A stretch of DNA of 64,000 nucleotides. It comes from an uncultured delta proteobacterium (lineage in GTDB: Bacteria > Desulfobacterota > Syntrophia > Syntrophales > Fen-1087). The stretch covers positions 341,247 to 405,246 of the forward strand of contig CAVPSX010000012.1 in assembly GCA_963708515.1 (NCBI GenBank). Reading direction: 5' to 3'. Made by a program: the position numbers and the translations under genes. The notes beneath the pieces were generated by a model. That model made no database searches. It was not told where the DNA came from and saw only the letters and a list, made by a program, of their open reading frames with translations. This document shows, in pieces, positions 11,274 through 21,430 of the stretch; within the stretch, counting starts at the first letter, position 1; each line of letters begins with the position of its first letter.

Positions 11274-13237
11274 TACTCGTCGATCGTCCATTGTTCATAA
11301 GGGCGGTCTTTCGCTCTGATGGCGGCCGGGCTGAGCTCCTGGATAAAGCGCGACGGGCTTATGGGCAGGTTGCCCATGCCACGGCTGTAATCAAAAACGG
11401 GATAGCACAGGTAGAGCTGATCTTTTGCCCGCGTGGCGGCTACGTAAAACAAACGCCTTTCCTCCGCTTCTCCGTCCGGCTCCTTCAGCGCACGCTGGAG
11501 CGGCAGCATGCCTTCGGCGCACCAGATGATAAAGACAGCAGACCATTCCAGGCCCTTGGCCTGATGGATCGTGCTGAGCACCACCCGGTTGTCTGTCCTG
11601 GAATCCATTCCCGCATCACCCTCTTCGGCCATATTGGTCAGCAGGGCCAGCTGGTTGATGAATTCTTCCAGCGAACCGAACCTGTCCGCAAACAGGATGA
11701 ATTGCTCCAGGTCCTCCAAGCGTGACGCGCTGTCCGTGAAGCGTTGCTGCAGCAGGTCCCGGTAGCCGCCCTCCAGGATTTTGTCGATCATCCCGGCGGG
11801 ATCGTTTTCCGGGGAGGCGGACTCCAGAATTCGCCGGAAGGTGTTTTGACCGCTCTGAAGGCCGGGCTGGGCCGATTTATGGGCTGCTTTGGGAAACGCC
11901 TCCGTCAGGACCGCCGCAAGCGGCTCCTCCTGCCTGCGGATGAACAGCCACACCTTTTCCGCCGTGACCTTTCCCACTTTTGGATAAAGACCGAGGACGC
12001 GCTTCCATGCCAGTTCGTCAAAGGGATTCAAGACGATGCGCATGAAGGAGGTCACATCCTTGATATGGGCCTGTTCGAAGAAACGGATGCCGGAGCGGAT
12101 CTCGAAGGGAATTCCACGCCGCGTCATTTCCATCTGGAGTTCCATGGAATGATAGTGCGCCCGGTAGAGCACCGCCGTGTCGTGCAGGTCGATACCGTCA
12201 CGCATCAGTTCGAGGATCCGCTGGCAGACAAAATCGGCCTGCTGCAGAACATTGCGCGCCGGCGCCAGCACCGGACGGATGCCCCGGCCCCGCACCGCTT
12301 TCAACTCTTTCTGATACTGATTTTCGTTGTTGATGATGCTCAGATTGGCCAGGTTCAGGATTTCCGGCGTGCTGCGGTAGTTGGTTTCAAGCTTGAAAAT
12401 CCTACATTCCGGATACTTCTCCGGAAATTTCATGATGTTGGCAAAATGGGCGCCCCGGAATGAATAGATGCTCTGGGAATCATCTCCCACCACCATGAGG
12501 TTCCGATGCACCGACGCCAGCAGGTCCACCATATCCGCCTGGATGAGGTTTGTGTCCTGATATTCATCGACCAGGATATGCTCAAAGCGCCCGGCGTAGG
12601 TCTGTAAAACGACCGGATATTCCGCCAGCAGTTTCCGGCAGTTCAGTAGAAGGTCGTCAAAATCCATGATATTCAGGGCCTTTTTGCGCCGATGATACGC
12701 TGAAATCACAGACTGGATCCCCTCCATCTGATGGAAGAAAAAGGGATAGCGGCAGAAAACGACTTGTTCAAAAGATGACTCTGTGTTCGCAGCCAAACTG
12801 GCGATCTCCCGTAAAATATCCCCTCTGGGAAATTTGTCTCCGAGTGGATCGATCGCCGCCTCAGAGATACAAGCATTGATGAGCTGCCGGGCGTCTTCCG
12901 AATCCATGATGGTAAAATTGCGTGCGTAACCCAGAAGATGACTGTTCGCCCTCAGAATCCGGTGGGCGATATGATGAAATGTCCCCCCCCAGAGTCTTTC
13001 CGTTTCCTGCGCAAGAAGCTGGTTGACCCGGGATAGCATCGAGCGTGAAGCCTTGTTGGTAAAGGTCGCCAGCAGGATTCTCTCTGGCCTGACGCCGGAT
13101 TCGATCAGGCGGGCCACCCGGAAGGTGAGGGTCCGCGTCTTGCCGCTGCCGGCGCCTGCGATCACAAGCAGCGGCCCTCCCGCTTCCATGACGACCAGGC
13201 GCTGTTGTTCGTTGAGCTCTTTGGCGTAGTCGATCAT
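11270..13237 (-). CDS. UvrD/Rep/PcrA-family ATP-dependent DNA helicase
   Basis: Walker A motif AGAGSGKTRTLT, plus the SF1 motifs ILVDEYQDTN, VGDDSQSIYSFRGA, NYRS, TIHQAKGLEW and YVAATRAK. Confidence 0.88.
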   Translation of the reverse strand: MIDYAKELNEQQRLVVMEAGGPLLVIAGAGSGKTRTLTFRVARLIESGVRPERILLATFTNKASRSMLSRVNQLLAQETERLWGGTFHHIAHRILRANSHLLGYARNFTIMDSEDARQLINACISEAAIDPLGDKFPRGDILREIASLAANTESSFEQVVFCRYPFFFHQMEGIQSVISAYHRRKKALNIMDFDDLLLNCRKLLAEYPVVLQTYAGRFEHILVDEYQDTNLIQADMVDLLASVHRNLMVVGDDSQSIYSFRGAHFANIMKFPEKYPECRIFKLETNYRSTPEILNLANLSIINNENQYQKELKAVRGRGIRPVLAPARNVLQQADFVCQRILELMRDGIDLHDTAVLYRAHYHSMELQMEMTRRGIPFEIRSGIRFFEQAHIKDVTSFMRIVLNPFDELAWKRVLGLYPKVGKVTAEKVWLFIRRQEEPLAAVLTEAFPKAAHKSAQPGLQSGQNTFRRILESASPENDPAGMIDKILEGGYRDLLQQRFTDSASRLEDLEQFILFADRFGSLEEFINQLALLTNMAEEGDAGMDSRTDNRVVLSTIHQAKGLEWSAVFIIWCAEGMLPLQRALKEPDGEAEERRLFYVAATRAKDQLYLCYPVFDYSRGMGNLPISPSRFIQELSPAAIRAKDRPYEQWTIDEY

Positions 13238-13240
13238 GAG

Positions 13241-13888
13241 CTATCGGGACAAGGTTAAGCCGATCTGTGCAACCGTGTCCTTGCTGCTGAGCGAGAGGAA
13301 ATTTTGCAACAGGCCTTCGGCCTCATAAAAGCCGATGAGCGGAGAGGTTTTTCGATTATAGGTATCGAGGCGGTTCATAATCGCGGTCTCCGTCTCGTCA
13401 TCGCGCTGCACAACCGGCGTCCCGCACTTCCTGCATTTTCCGTCGGCCGTGGGTGGGTTGCTTTTGATATTGTATATCTCCTGGCATTCGGGGCTGGCGC
13501 ATGTCCGGCGCGTCGTCAGGCGATCCAGGATCACATCGGTTGGCACCTCGAGGTTGACGACGCAATCAAGATTGAGCTTCAGCGTTTCCAGAAGCTTGTT
13601 CAAGGCTTCGGCCTGGGGAATCGTGCGCGGAAACCCGTCCAGGATAAAACCTTTCCGGCAATCCGGCTGCTGCAGGCGGACTTCCATGATTTTCATGATC
13701 AGCGCATCCGGAACGAGATCGCCGCGATCCATATAACCCTTCGCTTCCCGGCCCAGCGCCGACCCTTCTTTGACCGCGGCGCGCAGGATGTCGCCGGTGG
13801 AAATCTGGACCGATCCGTCCATTTCGGTGAGCAGTTTGGCCACGGTGCCCTTCCCTGCTCCGGGCGCTCCCAATAAAATGATTTTCAT
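13241..13888 (-). CDS. adk: Adenylate kinase (Zn-lid type)
   Basis: Begins MKIILLGAPGAGKGT. The lid carries four Cys (CASPEC...CRKCG), followed by the QRDDD motif. Confidence 0.95.
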   Translation of the reverse strand: MKIILLGAPGAGKGTVAKLLTEMDGSVQISTGDILRAAVKEGSALGREAKGYMDRGDLVPDALIMKIMEVRLQQPDCRKGFILDGFPRTIPQAEALNKLLETLKLNLDCVVNLEVPTDVILDRLTTRRTCASPECQEIYNIKSNPPTADGKCRKCGTPVVQRDDETETAIMNRLDTYNRKTSPLIGFYEAEGLLQNFLSLSSKDTVAQIGLTLSR

Positions 13889-13938
13889 CTGATATGTCCT
13901 CCATGCTGTGAAATATTTTTATTTCCTGCTTCATCCCT

Positions 13939-14313
13939 TCACCCATACCCCAGTTCTGTCAGGCGGTCCTCCCCGATGCCGAGGAAATGGGCAATTTCAT
14001 GCACCACCGTGATCTCGATCTCCTGCTCCAGTTCTTCGAGGGTATCGCACATCTGTTCCAGAGGATTCTGAAAGATGAAAATGGTGTCCGGATAAAGAGG
14101 CGGGGCAAAGACGGAGCGCTCCATCAGGGAAGCGCCCTGGTAGAGGCCCAGCGGCGGATCATCCGGGGTCATGCCCAGTTCGTCCAGCATTTGCCTTGAT
14201 GGGCGCTTGCGTACCGTGATAACCACATTCTCCAGATGTTCCCGGATTTCACCGGGAATGCGGTCAATCGCACGCCGGACGGCCCGATCAAAATCCTTCT
14301 GGTTCAGTTTCAT
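13939..14313 (-). CDS. Small zinc metallopeptidase-family protein (HExxH; DUF1025-like)
   Basis: Contains VVHEIAHFLG (HExxH). I trimmed the start to ATG 14313, which forms an ATGA overlap with the upstream kinase stop. The 157-aa ORF-track version would overlap that gene by about 100 nt. Confidence 0.6.
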   Translation of the reverse strand: MKLNQKDFDRAVRRAIDRIPGEIREHLENVVITVRKRPSRQMLDELGMTPDDPPLGLYQGASLMERSVFAPPLYPDTIFIFQNPLEQMCDTLEELEQEIEITVVHEIAHFLGIGEDRLTELGYG

Positions 14314-15266
14314 TTCAACTGCCGGATACCGGCATCGATCCATCCACTGCAACCGTTCAATCGCAGGTTGAATTCTTCCGGGGAAAATCGGTATTCCTGC
14401 GTACCATAGCACTCGACAGCAAATGAGGCGCAGACGCTTCCCATCCTGGCGCTTTCTTCAAGGGTTTTGCCGCGGATCAGACCGCTGATGAGTCCGCCCC
14501 GGTAGGCGTCGCCCGCGCCTGTCGGATCCTCGACCTTTTTGGCCCGCACAACCGGAACGCCTGTGTCTCCATCGTGCGTGGAAATCAGCGAACCCTGCTC
14601 TCCGAGCGTCGTGATGATCGTTCCTGCCGTCTCCAGCAGCGATTTTTTGCCCATCCCGGTTTTGTGCATGATCAGATCCAGTTCATAGTCATTGACGATC
14701 AGGATCCGGCATCCTTCGATGGTATGAGTCAGGTCTTTAACATCCCACATGGGCAGGGACTGCCCTGGATCAAAAATATAGTCTATCCCCCTTGCTTTGC
14801 AGGCGCGAGGGTAGTTCACCATGTCTTCAAAATTGCCGGGCGCCACGATCACGAGTGTGTCTCTCGGTGCGAGTTTGTCCAAATCCAGCAAAGAAGAATA
14901 TTTCATCGCGCCCGGGTTGAATCCGGTGATCTGGTTGTCGGAGCGGTCGGTTGTAATATAGGCGCCCGCCGTGTATTCTTCTTCGACAATCCTGATGTTT
15001 TCTGTATCGATTCCATTCTTCGAAAACCAATCGAAGTAGCTGTGGTAATCGCGGCCGATCGCAGCGGATATGACAGGCTTCTCACCCATCATCATGAGCG
15101 CATAGGCGATATTGCCTGCCGTGCCACCGTATTTCTCCGTCATGCCGTTGACCTGAAAACAGACATTGATGACATGAATCTTCTCAGGCAGGATATGGTC
15201 CGAGAAATTTCCGGGAAAATCCATGATCCGATCGTATGCCAGCGATCCGGAAACAATGATATTCAT
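14310..15266 (-). CDS. PfkB-family carbohydrate/nucleoside kinase
   Basis: Has the PfkB signature DPTGAGDAYRGGLISG and an N-terminal GG dipeptide region (KYGGTAGNIAYAL). Confidence 0.8.
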   Translation of the reverse strand: MNIIVSGSLAYDRIMDFPGNFSDHILPEKIHVINVCFQVNGMTEKYGGTAGNIAYALMMMGEKPVISAAIGRDYHSYFDWFSKNGIDTENIRIVEEEYTAGAYITTDRSDNQITGFNPGAMKYSSLLDLDKLAPRDTLVIVAPGNFEDMVNYPRACKARGIDYIFDPGQSLPMWDVKDLTHTIEGCRILIVNDYELDLIMHKTGMGKKSLLETAGTIITTLGEQGSLISTHDGDTGVPVVRAKKVEDPTGAGDAYRGGLISGLIRGKTLEESARMGSVCASFAVECYGTQEYRFSPEEFNLRLNGCSGWIDAGIRQLK

Positions 15267-15514
15267 GACGGGTAATCCTTATTTAGTTCTTTCGGTGGTG
15301 GCCGACAAACCTTCCCTCTCGGGTTGTTAACTATAGGAAAAAGCGCCAGGGGTGTCAATGTTATTTTGCCGCAGATAAAATCCAAAGCTCATCCTGCTGC
15401 GCAAGTTGAGGCTTACAATTGCCATTTTATCGAGGGTCTCGGAATAGGCCTTGAAGGAACAGCGTACAGTATGATAGGACTTTCGCGGATTCAGATCAGG
15501 GAGCGCAGAAGCAG

Positions 15515-16840
15515 ATGAAAGAAGTGGATTTCGTTATTGCCGGCGGCACGGTCGTCGTCATGGATGAAAAAAATACGATCATCTCCAACGGCGCCGTGGC
15601 CATTGACGGCCCGGATATCACGGCCGTGGGAACGGCCGAAGAACTCGCGCTGAAATTCAAGGGGCGACGCGTCATCGATGCCAGGGGATCGCTCGTCATG
15701 CCTGGGCTGGTCAACAGCCATACCCATGCCGCCATGACCTGCTTCCGGGGTATCGCCGACGACATGGACCTGATGGACTGGTTGAGCAATTACATATTCC
15801 CCGCCGAGACCCGCAATGTGGACCCGGAGCTGGCCTACTGGGGAAGCCTCCTGGCCTGCGCGGAGATGATCCTGTCGGGAACCACCACCTTCTGCGACAT
15901 GTACATCTTCGAGGATGAGACGGCCCAGGCGGCCCGGCAGGCAGGCATGCGATGCCTGCTTGGGGAAGTCCTCTTCGACTTCCCCTCTCCCAACTTCAAG
16001 ACCCCCGGTGAGGGTCTGAAATATACGGAAATGCTCATTAGAAAATGGGCTGACGACCCCCTTGTGAAAATCGTGGTGGAGCCCCATGCCCTGTACACCT
16101 GCTCCCCCGCCCTGCTGAAAGACGCCAAGGCCCTGGCGGACGCCTATGCCGTCCCGGTGGCCACCCATTTCCTGGAAAACATGACGGAGCCCGGACTCAT
16201 CAAAGAGAAGCTGGGTCTGCGAGCTACGGAATTTCTACAAGATATCGGATATCTGGATGAGCGCTTTTTTGTCTTTCACGGCGTTTACATGGACGATGAG
16301 GATATCCGGATTTTCGCGGACCACGGCTGCAACGTGGTCCACAACCCGGAGAGCAACATGAAGCTGGCTTCCGGCGTAGCCCCCGTTTCCCGCATGCTCG
16401 AAGCGGGAATCGTCGTCGGTCTGGGAACCGACGGCTGCGCCAGCAACAACAACCTCGACATGTTCCAGGAAATGGACACGGCAGCCAAGCTGGAGAAGTC
16501 GGTTCGCCTGGACCCGACGATCATGCCGGCCCGGACGGTCCTCCGGATGGCCACATGCGACGGAGCGAAGGTTCTTGGGCTGGACAATATGGTGGGTTCG
16601 ATTCGCCCCGGTATGAAGGCGGATATTGTAATGATCGGGCTTGACAAGCCGCACCTGACCCCTATGTACAGCGAGTATTCCCATCTCGTTTACGCCGTGA
16701 ACGGCTCAGACGTCGACACCGTCTTCATCAACGGCAAGTTGGTCATGGAGAACAGGATGCTGCTCACGATCGACGTGCGCGAGGCGATGGAAAGGGTCCG
16801 GCGCATCGCCGAGCGCATCAAGCGGAGCATGACGTTATGA
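15515..16840 (+). CDS. Amidohydrolase, MtaD-like (5-methylthioadenosine/S-adenosylhomocysteine deaminase family), copy 1
   Basis: Motifs PGLVNSHTHAAMTCFRGIADDMDLMDWL; HNPESNMKLASG; GLGTDGCASNNNLDM. Confidence 0.8.
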   Translation: MKEVDFVIAGGTVVVMDEKNTIISNGAVAIDGPDITAVGTAEELALKFKGRRVIDARGSLVMPGLVNSHTHAAMTCFRGIADDMDLMDWLSNYIFPAETRNVDPELAYWGSLLACAEMILSGTTTFCDMYIFEDETAQAARQAGMRCLLGEVLFDFPSPNFKTPGEGLKYTEMLIRKWADDPLVKIVVEPHALYTCSPALLKDAKALADAYAVPVATHFLENMTEPGLIKEKLGLRATEFLQDIGYLDERFFVFHGVYMDDEDIRIFADHGCNVVHNPESNMKLASGVAPVSRMLEAGIVVGLGTDGCASNNNLDMFQEMDTAAKLEKSVRLDPTIMPARTVLRMATCDGAKVLGLDNMVGSIRPGMKADIVMIGLDKPHLTPMYSEYSHLVYAVNGSDVDTVFINGKLVMENRMLLTIDVREAMERVRRIAERIKRSMTL

Positions 16841-18195
16841 TCGGCAGCGCATCCCAGAGCCCCCTGGATCTGGTCGTCACGGGGGGGACCCTCCTGACGA
16901 TGAACCCGGCGATGGAGATCCTGGAAAACCCGGTAATCGGGATCCGGGAAGGAAGGATCATCTTTGTCCGGGCCGGCATGGCCGACGTTCCCGAAGCCCG
17001 GGAGAAGCTCGATGCAACCGGCTGTGCCGTGCTCCCGGGATTGGTGAACACCCACACTCACTCCCCGATGGTCTGTTTCCGCGGGTTGGCAGACGATCTG
17101 CCGCTCATGGAGTGGCTCCATCGGCACATCTGGCCCGCCGAAGCGAAATACGTGAACCGGGACATGGTCTATGCCGGGACAACTCTGGCCATGGCGGAGA
17201 TGCTTCTCTCCGGCACGACCACCTTCTGTGACAGCTACTTCTACGGAAGTTCCATCGCCAGGGCCGCCGTGGACGGCGGAATGCGGGCCATAGTCTGCCA
17301 GGGATTCATCGATTTCCCCACACCGGACAGCCCGGATCCGTCCCGGCAGATCGAGATCGCCGAGAAGTTCGTCGGGACCTGGCGGAACCGCTCGCCCCTG
17401 GTGACCCCGTCCCTCTTCTGCCACACCCCTTACACCTGCTCCACGGAGACCCTGAAGATAATCAAGGAGACGGCCCGGAGGATCGACGTTCCGTTTCAGA
17501 CGCACCTATCGGAAACCCGCGACGAGGTGAGCATCATCCGGGAGCGCTTCGGGAAATCTCCTGTGGCGTACCTGGAAGCCATCGGCGTTCTCGATGCAAA
17601 GACCGTCGCCGTTCACTGCAACTGGCTGGAAGAAGAGGAGCTGGACCTGTTGGCTGAACGTGGAGTAAAGGTTTCCCACAACCCTGAGAGCAACCTGAAA
17701 CTTGCAGCCGGCATGGCCAATGTTCCCCGAATGCTCCGCAAGGGGATTACCGTCGGCCTGGGGACGGATGGCTGTGCGAGCAACAACGACCTGGACCTGT
17801 TCGGGGAGATCGGCACGGCAGCGAAGATCCACAAGTTCACCGAGATGGACCCGACGGTCATGGACGCCGTAACGGTTCTGCGCATGGCCACCATCGAAGG
17901 GGCCAGGGTCCTCGGCCTGGAGCGCGAGATCGGGTCCATCGTGCCGGGGAAATGGGCCGACCTGATCCTCATCGACCTGGACAAACCCCATCTCACGCCC
18001 CTGTTCAATCTCTGCTCGCACCTGGTCTATGCCGCCCGCGGCGCCGATGTCACCACGGCCGTTGTCGGTGGGCGCATCGTCATGAAGGACCGTCGTCTTC
18101 TGACGATCGACCTTCCGGCGGCCATGGAAGCGGTGCGAAGGATCGGCCGCAATATCCTTGCGGATGGACTTAAAAAAAGCATGAGGCGGGACTGA
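16837..18195 (+). CDS. Amidohydrolase, MtaD-like deaminase family, copy 2 (tandem paralog)
   Basis: Carries the same motif set as copy 1 (PGLVNTHTHSPMVCFRGLADDLPLMEWL; HNPESNLKLAAG; GLGTDGCASNNDLDL). Its start forms an ATGA overlap with copy 1. Confidence 0.8.
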   Translation: MIGSASQSPLDLVVTGGTLLTMNPAMEILENPVIGIREGRIIFVRAGMADVPEAREKLDATGCAVLPGLVNTHTHSPMVCFRGLADDLPLMEWLHRHIWPAEAKYVNRDMVYAGTTLAMAEMLLSGTTTFCDSYFYGSSIARAAVDGGMRAIVCQGFIDFPTPDSPDPSRQIEIAEKFVGTWRNRSPLVTPSLFCHTPYTCSTETLKIIKETARRIDVPFQTHLSETRDEVSIIRERFGKSPVAYLEAIGVLDAKTVAVHCNWLEEEELDLLAERGVKVSHNPESNLKLAAGMANVPRMLRKGITVGLGTDGCASNNDLDLFGEIGTAAKIHKFTEMDPTVMDAVTVLRMATIEGARVLGLEREIGSIVPGKWADLILIDLDKPHLTPLFNLCSHLVYAARGADVTTAVVGGRIVMKDRRLLTIDLPAAMEAVRRIGRNILADGLKKSMRRD

Positions 18196-18229
18196 TTCCT
18201 GAAGGTATGGATAAGAAAGAGGCCCCTGT

Positions 18230-20932
18230 TTATGCCAGAGGTCGGCCTCCATTGAGCTTCTCATAGATCCGGATGTATTCGGCAATCATGCTGCTGAGGT
18301 CGTACCGCTGCCTGGCTTCTTTCATGATACGTTTCATCTGGGTCTCCCGGATATCATCGGGTTTGCGGTGAAAGGCCAGGCTTTTTTCCAGGGCATACCA
18401 GAGGCCGCCGGCGTCGAAGTCCCGAAAGAGAAATCCGTTGCCCACATCCTGCGGGGCGCCGTCCGCTTTCAGCCGCAGTTCCCGTATTTTATCATGGTAG
18501 CCGCCCGTGTCGCGGTTCGTGGCCGTGGCCCCGAAGAGATTGCCAACCTGGTCGATCTGACCGCAGGGTTCGTAGAGTGAAGCTCCGAAGACATCGCTGG
18601 CCGCGGCATAGCCCAGCATGGCCAGCGGTTCGCTGAAGGGCTGGTATGTAATTTTTCCCCGGGAGCTGTATGCGATGCGTCCGAGAATATCCGCATGCGT
18701 CCGGTCGTTGCCGACGCCGTCGGCGACAATGGCAATTTGAACATTTTCGTAAATGTTAATAAAATGCCCGCACACCGCCTCCAACAGCTCGACGCCTTTC
18801 TGAAACGGATCCAGCCGGGAAGGCCAGAAAAACAGGATGGCATGGGGGTTCGCATACAGGCCCGTTTTTTGCTGAAAGGCCACGAGATTCTCGCGCTTGG
18901 CCTCCAGCAGGGGATCATCCGGGCCGTATCTTCTGGCGAGATCATCACGGTTTTCCGGATACATACTGGAGGCTGGCGCGTTGATAATGGACCATGCGGA
19001 GTCGTGGTAATACTTGGCCTTGACTTCATTGCGGACACTTGCGGGCACCAGCGGACGATCCAGAAAATAGTCGTCCACCACTTCCCGCAGGAATCGCTCA
19101 CCCACAAAGTTGATGATCGTGGCATTTTTGATGGCCGTCGCCTGACAGTCAATGCATGCTTTGCCGTAAGCCTCCGAATAGTAAAGATTATTTTCAAAGT
19201 TTCGCAGATTAACCCCGCTTAGCATCTCTATCGGCAAATCAGCCGTGAAAACATTGTGAACCGTATGCAGCACAGGCAGGTCGGTGGACTTTGCATAGGC
19301 CGTGATCGCTCCGCCGGCCATCCAGTCGTGGCTGTGGACAATCAGCCTTCCCTCGTGTTTTGCACGAACCATTTTTATGATGTTATTTACAATTTCGCGC
19401 TGAAATTCGGCAGCTGTGGCAATCGGATCGCAGGAATAGGCGCTCAGATTCTCGGCAAAGATCGCCGAGCTGACAAGATGGATATTTTCTGAATCAATCT
19501 TGTAGCGGATCGCGCGCCAGCCCCGTTCATCGAGATCGCTCTCGCGTTGAAACCGCCTCTTCAAATTCAGCGTGACCAGATGGACATCGATGCCCCTTTC
19601 CCACAGACCTTCACAGAGTGCCGAAACGACCTCTCCCTGACCGCCGCTCTTCCCGGAAATGTATCTGGCCAGGGCGCCCATATCGTCCGGCAGTCTCCCC
19701 GTTTCCGGCGTGATCATCATGAGGGCCGTCCGCTCCTGTTTCCGTACGATCTCAAAACGCCTGATGGCCCAGTCCAGATAATCAATCTTGCGCGTCAGAA
19801 TATGCGAGGGCTGTGCGATAGAACCGCCATAGGGATTGAAATAAGCGTGGACAGCATGATCCTCTCCGATGCGTTCATGAATAAAATAAACATGGTCCGA
19901 TGTGGTCAGGTGCCGCCAGTTGGTCAGCAGATCCCCGCCGGCCCAGCGGGCATTCCGTTCCATGTTCTGAATGTCCTGAAAGAGTTCATACTGTGTCAGG
20001 GTGCCCAGCCAGCCGAAGGTATCCCGGCCGGCGTCAGCCCAGGAAGAGGTCGCCAGTCCGTGAATATCCAGTGTCGGACAATCGACATCCCTGAATTTTT
20101 CAGCAATCTCACTGGGGTTGGCGGCAACGATGTTCGCATGTCTGGCCAGGGCCTCCGGAAGTCCCCGCCAGAATTCGAAAATACCCTTGTCTTCCCAGAT
20201 GTGTTCACCGATATGTTCATAGTCGTAACCCAGCAGGACAGCCTCGCCGTCAATTTTGGCGATAAAGGCGGCGTACTGCTCCGGGGCGATAGGCTGATGC
20301 GGAAAACGGAAAGCTACGTCATCGCTGAGTTCGCGATTCCGGGGAATGACAGTCAAATGACTGTCCTTTGCCCTGAAGACGGCATTCGGCGAAACAGTGC
20401 GATCGGTCTGCGTGAACATGTCGTTCCGCTTTTCACACAGAATGGAAAGATAACCCATATCGGCCACGACATCGGCGATATGGTTGTTGAACATGAGCTC
20501 AGTATTTCGGAAAGATGTCGGGAAAATGCCGAAAAGCTTCCTGATCTTGTCCCGGTGCAGGGAGACCTGGTCACGGAATTCCTGCTTATGGGGATCCTCG
20601 AAAAGACTGCTTAGCGAGTGGTAGTAAGTCTCATCGAGGTATTCCACCTGGTTGTGCTCCCGGCCGGCGTCGAGCAGTTCCTGGAGGGCGCGGATGACGT
20701 CCGGCTGATAGATTTCCGCTTGCTCCAGAAACACACCGGACATGCTCAGGGTGATTTTGAACCCTTTGTTTTGCGCGATAAGCTCCGTAAACATGCGGGT
20801 TGCCGGCAGGTAGCATTTGTCTGATACCTTCAGAAATATCTCCCGGTTCGACGTGTTCCATAGGAACTTGTCCCGGTCCGGATGGAGGCGGAAAGGTTGA
20901 TGAAGCTGAAAGTAGAACGTGACCAGCGGCAT
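18230..20932 (-). CDS. Fusion protein: N-terminal glycoside hydrolase family 57 domain plus C-terminal glycogen-synthase-like glycosyltransferase
   Basis: The N-terminus MPLVTFYFQLHQPFRLHP is typical of GH57. The C-terminal half has GlgA-like motifs (SGKSGGQGEVVSAL; HSHDWMAGG; PSRLDPFQKG; ASLYEPCGQIDQVG...TGGYHD). Confidence 0.8.
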   Translation of the reverse strand: MPLVTFYFQLHQPFRLHPDRDKFLWNTSNREIFLKVSDKCYLPATRMFTELIAQNKGFKITLSMSGVFLEQAEIYQPDVIRALQELLDAGREHNQVEYLDETYYHSLSSLFEDPHKQEFRDQVSLHRDKIRKLFGIFPTSFRNTELMFNNHIADVVADMGYLSILCEKRNDMFTQTDRTVSPNAVFRAKDSHLTVIPRNRELSDDVAFRFPHQPIAPEQYAAFIAKIDGEAVLLGYDYEHIGEHIWEDKGIFEFWRGLPEALARHANIVAANPSEIAEKFRDVDCPTLDIHGLATSSWADAGRDTFGWLGTLTQYELFQDIQNMERNARWAGGDLLTNWRHLTTSDHVYFIHERIGEDHAVHAYFNPYGGSIAQPSHILTRKIDYLDWAIRRFEIVRKQERTALMMITPETGRLPDDMGALARYISGKSGGQGEVVSALCEGLWERGIDVHLVTLNLKRRFQRESDLDERGWRAIRYKIDSENIHLVSSAIFAENLSAYSCDPIATAAEFQREIVNNIIKMVRAKHEGRLIVHSHDWMAGGAITAYAKSTDLPVLHTVHNVFTADLPIEMLSGVNLRNFENNLYYSEAYGKACIDCQATAIKNATIINFVGERFLREVVDDYFLDRPLVPASVRNEVKAKYYHDSAWSIINAPASSMYPENRDDLARRYGPDDPLLEAKRENLVAFQQKTGLYANPHAILFFWPSRLDPFQKGVELLEAVCGHFINIYENVQIAIVADGVGNDRTHADILGRIAYSSRGKITYQPFSEPLAMLGYAAASDVFGASLYEPCGQIDQVGNLFGATATNRDTGGYHDKIRELRLKADGAPQDVGNGFLFRDFDAGGLWYALEKSLAFHRKPDDIRETQMKRIMKEARQRYDLSSMIAEYIRIYEKLNGGRPLA

Positions 20933-21271
20933 TGTTCAATAACCCTCGTAAAGAAAGACTTATGACGCAAGTCCCCTATCTGAGAGAAACTCTACTTATT
21001 TAATATCACTCTGAATATGCCTTCGCGCAGATCATCTGGTTACAGGCTGTCGCCAAAATCAATATGCTATCAGGTGCATAAAATTATCACAGGGATGGGC
21101 ATGAATGCAATGAAAATGAAGGAGGCGACGCCGATTTTTCACCCTAAACAGGATATCTGAACTTCGGAGGCATGTCACTTTTTCAACTCCATGGGTTACA
21201 TAAATATGAGTCAATGTGGTGATCTCCAGAGGCATTTACATATCGGGTTCTTCCTGATATTAACCCCGTAT

Positions 21272-21295
21272 TCAATTCGTGTGTCAATTCGTGTT
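21272..21295. repeat. Tandem 12-nt direct repeat (TCAATTCGTGTG / TCAATTCGTGTT) in an AT-rich 500-bp intergenic region
   Basis: Read directly from the sequence, about 135 nt upstream of the 21431 ORF. It is a possible regulator binding site. Confidence 0.4.
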
Positions 21296-21430
21296 GCATT
21301 TATGACCATATTACCTTAAAATAAACAATAAGCATCAAGAATCTTCAACTTCGGTTAGGCCTGTGGTCAAATTGCAAACAACCCGACAATGAATGTCAAA
21401 ATCTCTAAGCTTTAAGAAAGGAGCAGTAAA

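Noticed and set aside
14314-14412. The longer start of the metallopeptidase-family ORF (157 aa).
   Set aside because: It would overlap the upstream PfkB kinase by about 100 nt. ATG 14313 gives a classic ATGA stop/start overlap and a protein beginning just before the conserved region.
18196-18229. A bidirectional terminator between the second MtaD-like gene and the GH57-GT fusion (GAGGCC...GGCCTC).
   Set aside because: The 6-bp stem has a roughly 19-nt loop, lies partly inside the coding sequence and has no U-tract. This is not convincing.
21272-21295. A possible CRISPR or other array, based on the direct repeats.
   Set aside because: There are only two adjacent 12-nt copies with no spacers, and nothing in the window resembles a CRISPR array or cas genes.
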